Shown in pieces: positions 1 to 11,823 of a DNA stretch of 64,000 nucleotides (positions are counted from its first letter, which is position 1; every line of letters begins with the position of its first letter). The stretch spans positions 33,420,001 through 33,484,000 of the forward strand of contig OZ249436.1 of the NCBI GenBank assembly GCA_965235115.1, written 5' to 3'. The notes under the pieces were generated by a model that saw only the letters and a program-made list of their open reading frames with translations, had not been told where the DNA came from and searched no databases. A program made the translations under genes and the position numbers. The stretch is from Laetmonice hystrix (Eukaryota).

Positions 1-1244
1 AACTTGTGCTTCTCTGCACGTTTAAGTATGTGTTCTTGGTGAGCGGGGCGTGCCAGGTTACTGTGGGTATGTGCCGGACGGATCCATACTTACTGGCCAG
101 GTATTGCGCGCTCAGCCAGGTATTGACGGTTTACTGGCACAGTGGGTAAACAATAGGGCTTGCGGTCAGTGAAGCCCATGACAGGACGTAGGGCTGAGGC
201 ACGGAACTGAGATGAGCTGCCTTCCATCGCATAAAACCCACCCAAACAATGATGTTAGTGATATTAAAATCATATAATTAAAAGCTGACAAGAAGAAGAA
301 TAAGAAGGGGGAAATCCGTGAACTAGTGTTATTTTTTTATGTATTTTTTTTTTTTTACCAGTTTGAGGTTTATAATATAATTGAAGTTGGTGGGGGGAGG
401 GGGGGGGGGGGGGGTTACACAAACCCGAAAGGAAGACAGTTACTTGAGAGGTTTGAATTTTTTATTTAAGTTGGCCTACATGTTTCGGATCTGTACGGAA
501 TCAGTAGGCCCTATATTATTCTTCGCAAGATTAGCAATATGTTTCAGGTTAATTGAAGTTGTAGGGAAAGTCGTAATTCATACCTGCTGCATGGCTTTCG
601 TCCTCAGGGCCGCCAATTCCAATATGTAATTGGTCGGAGAATATCGATGGTCAGTCGACCAGTGTGTGGGTGGCAGACACGCAGGAGTGGGCGTGCCAGT
701 TCTTATTTTTTAAATTCTGTAATAATGATTAAAAAAAATGACCAAAGCGTGGCTATCCTTTTTTCCAACATCAGGGCTTTTTTTGTGTGTCGCAAAAAAA
801 AACCCCAAAACAAAACAAACAAATTTATAAACAAAACCATACATCCACCATTAAAGGAAATATCTCACGAATTTCAAGTCCTACGTGGCGTTTCAACAAA
901 AGTATGTCTTCAATGTGGTCTCCGATATGATCCAAATCTTCCCTACCTTTCTCTGTTGGATGACGGGTATTATGTACAAAAAATTCTAAAAGTCGCCAAA
1001 TCTTATTTCAGTCATTGAAAATGACCTATTTTGCTTCTAAGACCCCGGGAGTTGTTTTTCATACTCCTACGCACATGGCAAATTATGGTCTGTGCAAATT
1101 AGAAGCTCTTCTGTCAGTATTTGCAATATAGATGTTCGATTTGTACTAGCGAAAATAGATTTTGAATATTGTCAGCATTATTCTCGGAAAATTACGGATA
1201 CTTTTTTCAAGAATTCTGTCACTACATTCGTTGCAAATGGTTAC

Positions 1245-2149
1245 CAGGGCTGGAATTTCCCACTCGTCCGGCTGCCCGAGACGAGTAAGTTTCGGTCCGG
1301 ACGAGTAAGTCTAGCCCAGTATCTCGTCCGCCGGCCGAGTAACTATTTTGGTTACTGTTGTTTAAAGGGGGTGACCTTTTGGCGGCTCAATCTTTCTCCA
1401 GTGCAGTAACAACAGCGGGGGTCATTTGGCTGGCTCAGCTGACCCCGGCCGTGTGTTTCAACTGGCCACCTGTGTGTCGCCAGAGTGCTCCTTTTGTTCA
1501 CGTGTTTTTGTTTGTTCAGTGTGTGTCCTGAGTGGCTGTCGCAGCATCAGCGTGGCCCCGCTACACTAATCTCTGAGCCAGGTAATCTGCCGACATGCAT
1601 CAACTGGAAACACGTGCCTCCCCCACCAACCAGCATCGTCCCCAAAGCGCTGATTGAATGATGAAAAAAGACGTGATCATGACAGGGACGCCTGTGGAAT
1701 CAGCATGGCCGCAGGAGGCCAGACACAAGGCCTTATGGCCCACGTCATAGAGAAATTCAAAGTCCTGAAAACAACCCCTGTTCTTCTCTGGTGGAGACAA
1801 ATAGCGACTTTTTTGGAAAACCTTGAGAGGGACTTTGACATGTGATTCAATTTGCTGTCCTGATTAACTGAAGCCCAAATCTGAAAAGCATTCAGTGGTC
1901 CATGAAGCCCATAGATCTATATGCTCAAGTTTATTGAACGTTTTTATGTATGACAGAGGTATATGAGGCAAATAACTTGACTGGCTGGTAAATTACGACT
2001 GTTTAATTAAAGCATAATACTCATAGACCATGCCTATTATCTTAAATTCTCTCTGAAATCCGGGCAAGTAACTTTTGATCTGGGCAAGTAACTTTTTCAG
2101 GCTACTTGCCCGACGGGCAAGTAGCCTAAAATTTGAAATTCCAGCCCTG
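1245..2149. mobile_element. Non-autonomous DNA transposon (MITE), CAGGG termini, 5-bp TSD (hAT5-like)
   Basis: TIR CAGGGCTGGAATTTC...GAAATTCCAGCCCTG; GTTAC flanks both ends (1240-1244, 2150-2154); internal CGGGCAAGTA/CGAGTAA subterminal repeats; no credible ORF. Confidence 0.8.
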
Positions 2150-3223
2150 GTTACCGACGGTTCGCTCTACAGCACAATGTTCAAACGATTGGCGACAATC
2201 CAAAGCAGCATTAGTCGTGTTTGCGTGTACTTTAATTTGGCTAGTTTTTGTAATACCAGGGATAATTTCACAGCTGTCTACTCGTAGAATGTGTTAACAG
2301 AATCAATATGAAAAACATTGCGTACCATAATATGTTAGTGGTGGGGAGGGGAACATATATCTGAAGATTCCGGTCGCCCTAACGGCTGAGACAATCCCTT
2401 TAATTATATGGGCAGGTTTCCTGAACATTTCAACATCTTCTGATGACCTTGACATCTATGGTCATATCCAAGCTATACGTGTCCTTCAGCACTTTTCAAA
2501 ATCCAAACCTAGTTACCCTCAAGTAATAGAAGAATCTATCTCTGCACCCATAAATTCTGGTAGAAGCTATGAACGGCCTTCCGTTTCGTGAATAAAAAAT
2601 ATTTTAATTGAAAGCCCACTCAAGTTGTATGAATGCATTTTTATTTAACGTAAAATGTCTTAGAAGATCAACACGAGAAGCACTTGGGTCGGACGACGTG
2701 CCCGGGAGATGTCCTTAACAGTAGATGTTGATTGGCAAGACACATATTGACCATTGCCCTCAGCTCCGATACACGGTGTTGACCAGTGACATTTCCGCCA
2801 CTCTCCCAGATTGGGGCATACATGGCCAGTGTGGTCAGCGTCGGTTTTTATCTCGATATGTTTCCTTCGTAGACGTTAAGGTAAAGAAATTACGTGTAGG
2901 GAGGGAGTCACTAGGTACAACCTGTGAGCCGCGCTGAAGATTCATTTAAACAGTGGAGAGAGGACGCATTTGAACGCTGTCCGTGTTCGGTAAGTGGAGT
3001 AGATTTTTTCAGGGGGGGGGGGTAAAAGTTTTGTTAGGTTTTCTGAATAAATTTGTGTTGACTCCCTTTCCACTGAAGTAAGAAGTATGAGTCTGGGGTA
3101 GCTGAAGGTTGCTGAAGTATGAAATTCGTATGAAAAGGTTGGAAAAGCAAGACTTATGACAGGCTTATTGTTTTGTAAAGGGTCATGTCAAGGAAAGGCT
3201 AGGCATCTTTTACCATTAAGTTG

Positions 3224-3562
3224 ACACTAAAAAAACTGTATATCATACACCAGATGATGCAGGTTCGGGGTTTCTTCCATATATGTACTGGTAGCGTAAG
3301 GAACAGTCAGTATATACTTGGGTTTACTTTCTTCGATTTAAATATAAAATAAAAATAATCTCATGCATCAAGGAAGTAGGCCTGAATTATTTTTATTACA
3401 CTAAAAAAACTATATCATACACCAGATGATGCAGGTTTGGGGTTTCTTTCATATATTTACTGGTAGCGTAAGGAACAGTCAGTATATATATACTTGGGTT
3501 TACTTTCTTCGATTTAAATATAAAATAAAAATAATCTCATGCATCAAGGAAGTAGGCCTGAC
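3224..3562. repeat. Direct tandem duplication, ~172-bp unit, 2 copies
   Basis: ACACTAAAAAAAC...CCAGATGATGCAGG...AAGTAGGCCTGA occurs at ~3224-3385 and ~3398-3562 with few differences. Confidence 0.9.
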
Positions 3563-6500
3563 ATTATTCGTTGAACCCCCCCCCCCCCCCCCGACACCAT
3601 TCCCCCAGTCAGCGTGGTCGGTTTTCTTTGATTGTGGAACCCATTTGTCGCATGGATCTCCTCGTACATTGATTTACACCACCAGTTATTGTGGTTACAA
3701 AGGAAGAAATCACTGCTCCTGTATGTCGTGCTGTTTATCCTGGAGCTATGTCGGAGAGATGGGAAACGGGAGAGACTGGTATGGGGTTTAATGGAATAAA
3801 AGCAACCACAGAGCCAAAGTCAGATTGCGAGCGCAAGCAGTGTGTAACTATAGCTACATCTGTCATTATAATGTTTTCCTGATAATAGGTTTGATTATTT
3901 TATCATTTCAACTTCAGACTTGGAAATAAAATATATGGTTTTAATAAGTGGTTATTCACAAAGCAGAAAGGATCAGTGATAAAAGTTATTCGGCCAGAGT
4001 TCAGTTTTGTTTGTCCCTGCACAGAATACAGAGCACCAGTTGCTCTCTCCACATCCAGTTTGGGATTTTCTTTTTCCCCTGTACAATCTTTTAACATTTT
4101 CCATTATGATATTTATAGATTAATTAAATCAAAATATTTGAGTAATACTAGTGGTTTTACAAATTATAAAGACCATAATACATCAGGCATACCTAAAGCA
4201 GGGGTTCATAGGCCAGGTATAGTGTCAGTGGGCAGATGTAAAAGTCGATTCCTACATGATTTGTGTCGAAAACCTGGCCTTGAAACGGAGGCCGTGGGGG
4301 TGAGGGGTCTCGTTGATATGTCAAAGGGGAGGAAAGGTTTGTTATAGTATTCGCCTTCACAACCGGATGTCCGACAAGTTACCCCCACAAGTCACACTGT
4401 CAGTACAGAATAATCCATGGGGGGCCCTCGGTGGTCACATGGAAGACAACATCGATTTGTCTTGTAATGCATCGTCTTAGAACAAGCCTCTGTCACCACA
4501 ATGCAACGTGGTCTGAGATGTAGATTTGCTTGCCATAGATTACATTGTCGGCTTATTTGTGAAGGCATCAAGCTCACCACACGTTACTCACTGAAAGCAA
4601 ATAAATTGATAGCGGACAACCAATTACTGTGCCAAGAAACCAAATGCACTGCCCCTCCGTACAAATATTGTGTTTCATGCCGCTGAAAGGGAGACTGTTT
4701 GAATTTTGGGATGCCAGGGTGTGCCGGTGGTTTTGTCTGCTAAATAGTCGCCAAGGAATTGTGTGGATTTCCATATTTTACCTCATGGCTTATGGAGGAA
4801 AGGTATGGATCGGGATGGGGTGGGTGAGTGCACATTGCGAAGGAGTGGAAGGCGGAGGTGTCCGCTTACGGTTAAGGTAAACACAGTGGGGAGCTGGTGG
4901 CAGGCCCCGGCATGCAGTGCTGTATCCAGTCGGATTTCAGCCCAGCAAGCTACGTCAGACCTACCCTAAAACTCCTCCAAATCCTCCCAACTCAATTAAC
5001 AAATAAAAGTGGGAAGGGGTTCTCCGGGATCTTAGGTGATTCCCAGTTTTGTTGGAACGATACCTAGCTGATTCTGATCGATTCTTGCCATTTTCTTGCA
5101 ACTGTTTTACGGTGGTGTGCGATTTGAAGCAATTCATTATTGACCGGTAGGAAGAGAACGCCCCATCGGAATGCAGAGAAGACAATATTCGTTTCTTTTA
5201 TTATAAATACTTTATATTGTTCGTTACGTTAGTGGACAAGATGAAGATAGGAATGTGGCTTGCAATTCAAGGTCGCGACACTCCGTAAACCTATAGTGAG
5301 CGTTCGAAGGACTTTCGTCGGATATTCAACATAATGTTTTGTTGTTCCTCCATTTTTTCCGCCATTGTACATCAAAAGTGGGTTTGAAACTTGCAATGTG
5401 GCAATGGGCAAATGTTTTGGTTGCTCTATAGTTTACAGAGTTTCGAAACGTTTTGATAACGTTTTCATTGCAGCTAATGGTGTGTCCATACAAAGTCACG
5501 TTGATCTCCTCTCATTACAATTTTGCACGAACAAAATGGCAATGGAAACTGAGGGGAAATAGATGGTTAAGGAAGACATTTAAGTGAAGCCGCTGTGTTT
5601 CTCCAAACCTAAAAGCTCCAATGAACAGTTTCTAAGGAAAGTTTGCGTCGTAGAGACGGTACAGATTAAATATAGAAATGTGTCTTATTTTTTACTCATT
5701 TCTTCCATTCACTGCGGCAATCTTGAGGGGGCTGATCAGGTGTTGAAGAGAACGTGAAGATCACATTATCAAGACATTTTTAGGGATCCTTTCCCATCGA
5801 CAGAAATTTGTTTCGTTTTTGTACGACGGAGACGCTGCAGACTATATAGGCTGTGGGATTGATAATCCATAGCAGATGCGAGTTGATGTTTACAGTCCCA
5901 TAATGATGAATACAAATGCTTGGTCTTAAAGGTACTGAAAAATAATTCCTGGAATTAGCAGAGGGTTGTAGAACCCGTACGGGATTTAGATATGCACTGG
6001 CTTAATTTAATGATCTTGGCAGGTATTCAAAATCTGAATACATGTGAGATTTCACGTGATGATGAATTATTGCTCGTTCTGGTATTTTATTTCTTTTCAT
6101 TTGAAAGCTGTTATTCACTCTTTACGTAGGAAACCATGTCAAGACCATTAGGGACGGCATCATCTAGAACGATCTAATATAAATTCAATGTCTGAGGTAA
6201 AACGGGTCGAAAAATATGTAAAACATGAAACAGAAACCCACTCTCACAGCAGTTCTGTCAGAATTGTCAAAAGGATGAACAAAGTCATGGAAGCCCACAT
6301 CAGAATAAGGAGTATAGCATAGTGATGACTATAAAAAAATCCTTGAAACAAGGTAAATCTGCTAAGTAAATGACATCCACCAGTCTGAGTGCAGAGGTTG
6401 AACTATAAGACAGTGTAGGGGTATAGAAGAGTACTGCTGCAGATTTGTACGTATTGAGAGCACTCACGTTTATTCAAAATGCCATGTTGTTCTCAATAAT

Positions 6501-9245
6501 CAATATTTTGCAGATCCAGGTCAGGAAAGGTAGCAACACCTTTAGGGTGTGAGGTTTTGAGAAAAATTATATGGCTCTGAATATAATTACGGATTTGATT
6601 CCATTATACCTCTGCAGATTGGTGTAATCTGTATTGTTCCAAAGCTGTATGCACGGGAGAGTGATTGGCATGTGCGTTGTAAAGCTGACCATGTTTGATA
6701 GTTGTATTGACCATGATATAGAATCCTGTTGACTTTGAATGAGAAGTCTAATGGTGATATTTTATTTGACTAGGACCATGCCTATTGACTTGGCTGAGAT
6801 TCTCTGGTTAGTTTAGGGTGAATTTCATATCCTGGTATGATTCATCCAGTGCAATATAGGACATAATGGACATGCGGCTCAACACACATGTATTTTTTTT
6901 AATTGTGGCAGGGTTAGTGTATTGTTGAAGTGGTCTCTCATCTCATACGTAAAGACCGTTATATGTGCAATGACCGCCAGGACCTCGCCGTCAATCTTTA
7001 CTTCCCGGTAATGGGGTGATTTACTTACCAATAGGATGTAACGGATATAACTTTCCAAAAGTACTTGATATGTATCCCTCTAAGTCGAAATAAAATGAAG
7101 CAGTGACTTAAAAATCGTAAAGAAATGTCTCCCATGGACTGGATTAGGGTCTTTAGATGACCCAGATGGGAGGTGACTTATAGACGTTTGAATCAGCTCG
7201 ATCCTCTCCATCAGACAGACAACCCCTCTTAATCACAACTTCTACTTAACTGAAGTCGATATTTAGCTGACATCTGAACCGTGGCTTACCTGTGACCCTC
7301 TAACTGAGCACACCCGAGGGCGGGCACACGGTACCCTGGATGGACTCGTCAATTGGTGCTGTCTATGTGGCCAGTTCAATAGATCATTGCTGGCACCATC
7401 AAATGGGCGTTAAGACAACTTGGCGCTGACCTTGGATCTTAAAGAGTGTGTATTCCGGTGAGGGTTTTATTCGAACTTCTACCGCGAGGGGCTTCACGGA
7501 CCTATAATTCAAACTGAAGAGAATTAAACTCTTATACACAGACTGATTCCCATAGTCGTTGAACATCGTCCTTGCCAGTAAAGGATGTTACATGAAGTAC
7601 ATGGGATACGCGCTAGTTAATTACATGTAATGTCAAATCGTAATCTACAGGCGGGGGGGGGGGGGGGGTCACCATTTGATAGGATTTTCATGATGATAAT
7701 CAATTTGATAATACTTTTTTTTCATGGTACGAGACGTTAAAAATATGTAGGATGGAGAGCCTAGGGGTATGCTTTTTCGTCGAAAAACTAGTTTTTGATA
7801 TTTTAGATACTTCCCATATCTCTTGAAAAACACTGACCACTGCCTATATTGTCATAAGTTAAGGTACCATGTGGTCAGTGCATCGTTATGACCCATATGG
7901 TTGTGGTGGCCTTGTGTGACATTTCTCTATGTACGCTTCCCATTAGAGTATTGTATTCGGGTAAGTCCAATTCCCTGGAGATAGTCAATGTGGTCCCAGG
8001 ACGTTTCGAGCGCGGACCAGTTCGAGCGCCGCTCCATTGCCAGTTCGAGCGCGAACCAGTTCGAGCGCCGACTTGTTCGAGCGCCGGTCGATCCGCGGAG
8101 CGCAGCCCCGTTCGAGCGTGTGTAGGGAGAGCCCTGTCAGTGTGAATAAATTTAATAGCCAATAGGCCTATGAATAAATTTAATAGCTTACGGCCAAGAG
8201 AAGTTAATTTCCCGGTTAGCGTCGCCCGGGTATCACGTCACTTGAGCCCGCCGCGAAATGATCCCGTCATATGAACGCCTCGGGCGGGCTGTGCCCGGGG
8301 TACATGGGCAAGGGAGCGGGGGAGCGGGGTAGCGGTGGCCAGTTACTCGCCCGCTCGCTTACTCGCTCAAACTGCCGCCGGCCCGCCGGCCGCTCGCTGC
8401 CGGGGCTTGTAGGGGACTTCGGCCGGTCCGTTCGGCCGGGACTTGTGCGGGGCCTCGCCCTCGGCCGGTCGGTTCGGCCTGGGCTTGTTGATGTTTTATA
8501 CCTTCTTACAATTGAGACTGAGAGATCTGGCCCTGTGGGGGGTAAATAAGGTCTAATTTGTGACATGAATACTATTTCCTACTATGCTCCTATTTCCCCC
8601 CCTGACATCCAGAAATCCCCCCCCCCGGTTAAGAACCCCTGATCTAGGCAGATCTAGGATCTTTTAATCAGGCCTACCGATAATTAGATTATAATTGGCT
8701 GACCTACACCCCAACCGGCACCAGGGCGCCGCTACCGTCTGCTTTGAAGGGACCCTCGTCATGATTAATAATGATTTTATTAGATGGCATAGATCTTCGG
8801 ATACAAATTTGGTGAAACAAAAAAAAACATTGCAAGTATGAAATATTTGCAATTAAAATAAATTAGGCCCTATGTGAGCAACACAGATGGTGCAAGCTAG
8901 GCCTATAGCCAGAAATTGGTGATAGAAGTGCAACATGAAGTTATAGCCTAGAAATTAGTGCAACATGAAGTTGTAGCCTATGTTAGGTCTACTTATAGCT
9001 ATAGGCCTACTGTGATCTACGGCGTTTGGAAACAAGGGTACAAGATATCTGCTTTCGTGCTATACCTATAGGCATACTGTCCTCCGGTGGTCTGGGCTTT
9101 AATAAAAAAAATTATTAAGAAATTTTCCGCCTCTTCATTCGCTTAGAGTTATACTGCCATTCCTCTTATGGTTCCTAAAATATGTCGGTTTCTTTGAGTT
9201 TGCGGTGGTGGCGTATAAGCGCTTTCCACACCTAAAGTTCTTAAG

Positions 9246-9565
9246 TGACATGTCTTTCATCTGAGTTGTGATTTTACTAGAAAGCTACACCTTTTGGGAG
9301 AACACTGCCTACAGGTCGCGCCTTCTTTGTGCAGGTGTGAGCTACAACACACATGAGAGAAACACCTCGAACTGACATGTCTTTCATCTGAGTTGTGATT
9401 TTACTAGAAAGCTACACCTTTTGGGAGAACACTGCCTACAGGTCGCGCCTTCTTTGTGCAGGTGTGAGCTACAACACACATGAGAGAAACACCTCGAACT
9501 GACATGTCTTTCATCTGAGTTGTGATTTTAGTAGAAAGCCACACCTTTTGGGAGCACACTGCCTA
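9246..9565 (+). repeat. 127-bp tandem repeat (~2.5 copies) just upstream of the transposase TATA box
   Basis: TGACATGTCTTTCATCTGAG starts at 9246, 9373 and 9500. Confidence 0.92.
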
Positions 9566-9598
9566 TAAATGAGGGCGCACGGGAATGAGGGGTCATTG
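9564..9598 (+). promoter_or_regulatory. TATA box plus initiator of the transposase gene
   Basis: TATAAA at 9564-9569; Inr-like TCATTG with its A at 9595, 31 nt after the TATA start; ATG at 9641 in CACCATG context. Confidence 0.65.
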
Positions 9599-9640
9599 CG
9601 ACTCCTGACTCTTCATTAGACAACTCCAGTAGACAACACC

Positions 9641-11653
9641 ATGCCTCGTGCCCAGCGTACCACGTCGTCTCGATACCGCGTCAACCCTGCTGCCCGTCCA
9701 TCGCCTGATGCCTGCGTGGTTTGTAGCCGGACCGTCACCGCCAGGGAACACGCCCTACAGTGTGACAACTGTAGTGGCTGGCAGCACCGTAGGTGCAAGA
9801 CCACCTTCAGCCTCCAGGAGTACCGAAGGATGAGGAGAGGTGAAATCCCGGGGTTGACCTGGCACTGTGCAAAGTGCCCCCCACCTCCCACCCCCGAGAC
9901 TGCCGCTGACCTGTCCATGGACCTGTCTGCACCAGACATGGAGAGCACCCGTCTCTCTGACCAGCCTGCTGACGTACCCCCCAGCCCAGAGCCTGCCAAC
10001 CAGCCTGCTGACGTACCCCCCAGCCCAGAGCCTGCCAACCAGCCTGCTGACGTACCCCCCAGCCCAGAGCCTGCCAACCAGCCTGCTGACGTACCCCCCA
10101 GCCCAGAGCCTGCCAACCAGCCTGCTGACGTACCCCCCAGCCCAGTGCGCCAACCGTCCTTTGACATTTCCGCCAGCTTCCAGGCCCCGGAAGATCCCCA
10201 GGAGAATTCCCTCCAGCTGCATGACCTCCCCTCGGTGTTAGCCGATGACCCCGATGAGAGCCCTGTCTTTAAGGTTCTGCCCACCGGCTCCAAGCGTGGC
10301 GGCCCCCTCCTGGTTGACAACATGGGCTTCTCGTTCAACCGGAAACCACAAGACAAGCGCCCTGGCCGCCCCAACAACCGTGTCGTCTGGACATGCAGTG
10401 TTCGCCGGAAGGACTGCACCTGCCTGGCCAAAGTCTACCAGGACGGCGACCAGTTCACCCTCGGCCCCCAGCCCCACCGTCACCCCGCCGAGCCCGGCAG
10501 AGATAAGGGCCTGGTTATCTCTGCCGAAGTCAAGAGGAAGGCCGGCGACCAGGTCTTCGTCTCTGCAGCCACCATCGCAGAGGACGTCCTTCTTGATAAA
10601 GTCCAGCCGAACGACCTCCCAGCTGCCATCCCCAAAACGGACAACCTCGTCCGCCAGGCCAATCGCCACCGCCAGAAGAACCGCCCCAAGCACCCCGCCG
10701 ACCTGCAGTTTGAGCTGAACGAGTCCCACATCCCCGAGGACTTCTTCCTGGCTGACGTCACCGTTGGCCAATCCCGACATCTGATCTTCCAGACACCCGC
10801 CCAGCAGCAACTCCTGTCCAGTGCCAGGACAATCTTCGCCGATGCCACCTTCAAGCTGGTGAAGGATCCGTTCGTTCAGCTCTTCTCCCTCCACTGTTTT
10901 GTCCGGAAGGATGGCTCCTCCAAGCAAGTCCCCCTCCTCTTTGCCCTCATGTCCAGGAGAACCAAGCGCGATTACCACGCGATCCTGCAGGTCATCCAGG
11001 ACCAGAACCCTGACATCCAGCCCACCCGGATCGTCATCGACTTTGAGGCCGCCCTCTGGTCCGCCTTCCGGTCCGCCTTCCCCGATGCCACCCTCCAAGG
11101 GTGCATGTTCCATTGGAGCCAGGCGGTGTTCAGAAAGGTGGTGGACTGCGGCCTCAAGACGGCCTACTCCACATCGGCAGCGGTCCATGAGTACCTCCGC
11201 GAGCTGATGGCCCTGCCCCTCATCCCGGCTGAACACATCCCCGGAGCCTTCCGTGTACTCAGCGCCAGAGCCACCCCTGCAGTCCAGCCCATCGTCAACT
11301 ACGTCCGGGACACCTGGATAAGCAACCCTCAGTGGCCCGTCGATGCCTGGTGTGTCTTTGGCCTTGCAACCAGGACCAACAACGACTGCGAGGGGTGGCA
11401 CTTCCGAATCAACAACAAGGCCAGACCGAACCTGAACCTGTACCACCTCATCCAGCTGCTTCACCGTGAAGCCCGCCTTGTCCCCCTCCAGGCCCGCCTC
11501 CTGTCCCTCAACAAACTGAACAAGGAGCAGAGGTCCGCCACAAAGTCCGTCCAGGCCCAGCTGTTTAGGTTGTGGGACCGCTACAACGATCGGCGGATCA
11601 CCACCAGCCATCTCCTCCGTGCCGTTAGTCGGATCTACAGCCCCACCGTGTAG
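9641..11653 (+). CDS. MULE transposase with N-terminal PHD finger and FLYWCH zinc finger (670 aa, intronless)
   Basis: PHD C4HC3 (CVVC..CDNC..HRRC..CAKC); FLYWCH-like F..N...WTC...C...HRH; MULE core FADATF (D), IDFE (D), CMFH (CxxH) and TNNDCEGWH (E). No stops or frameshifts. Confidence 0.95.
   Translation: MPRAQRTTSSRYRVNPAARPSPDACVVCSRTVTAREHALQCDNCSGWQHRRCKTTFSLQEYRRMRRGEIPGLTWHCAKCPPPPTPETAADLSMDLSAPDMESTRLSDQPADVPPSPEPANQPADVPPSPEPANQPADVPPSPEPANQPADVPPSPEPANQPADVPPSPVRQPSFDISASFQAPEDPQENSLQLHDLPSVLADDPDESPVFKVLPTGSKRGGPLLVDNMGFSFNRKPQDKRPGRPNNRVVWTCSVRRKDCTCLAKVYQDGDQFTLGPQPHRHPAEPGRDKGLVISAEVKRKAGDQVFVSAATIAEDVLLDKVQPNDLPAAIPKTDNLVRQANRHRQKNRPKHPADLQFELNESHIPEDFFLADVTVGQSRHLIFQTPAQQQLLSSARTIFADATFKLVKDPFVQLFSLHCFVRKDGSSKQVPLLFALMSRRTKRDYHAILQVIQDQNPDIQPTRIVIDFEAALWSAFRSAFPDATLQGCMFHWSQAVFRKVVDCGLKTAYSTSAAVHEYLRELMALPLIPAEHIPGAFRVLSARATPAVQPIVNYVRDTWISNPQWPVDAWCVFGLATRTNNDCEGWHFRINNKARPNLNLYHLIQLLHREARLVPLQARLLSLNKLNKEQRSATKSVQAQLFRLWDRYNDRRITTSHLLRAVSRIYSPTV
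9961..10145 (+). repeat. 39-bp in-frame coding tandem repeat (QPADVPPSPEPAN, ~5 copies)
   Basis: CCAGCCTGCTGACGTACCCCCCAGCCCAGAGCCTGCCAA repeated identically; forms a Pro-rich linker between PHD and FLYWCH. Confidence 0.95.
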
Positions 11654-11817
11654 ACCGCATCCACAACCGTACCCGTCTCCGTTGCCGACCGCCGCTGCCC
11701 TCCGACCTGACCCAGACCGTCGACCCGTCCCCGCTGCCTGCCGCCCCTGACCCCTAGCGTGTAGATCAAGTTGTATATAAAAATATGTATAAAATTTCGG
11801 TAATATATATATGCTCG

Positions 11818-11823
11818 AATAAA
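11818..11823 (+). terminator. Polyadenylation signal of the transposase transcript
   Basis: AATAAA 165 nt after the stop codon, followed by GT-rich TGTGTAGTGTTGG. Confidence 0.55.

Noticed and set aside
6060..7000. Possible decayed Penelope/GIY-YIG retroelement on the minus strand (PNGL, KFT and FPDL-like fragments)
   Set aside because: Motif spacing is inconsistent and frames are full of stops; not supportable by eye.
10238..11611. 457-aa minus-strand ORF and other ORFs overlapping the transposase
   Set aside because: Antisense shadows of a GC-rich, codon-biased ORF; no recognisable domains.
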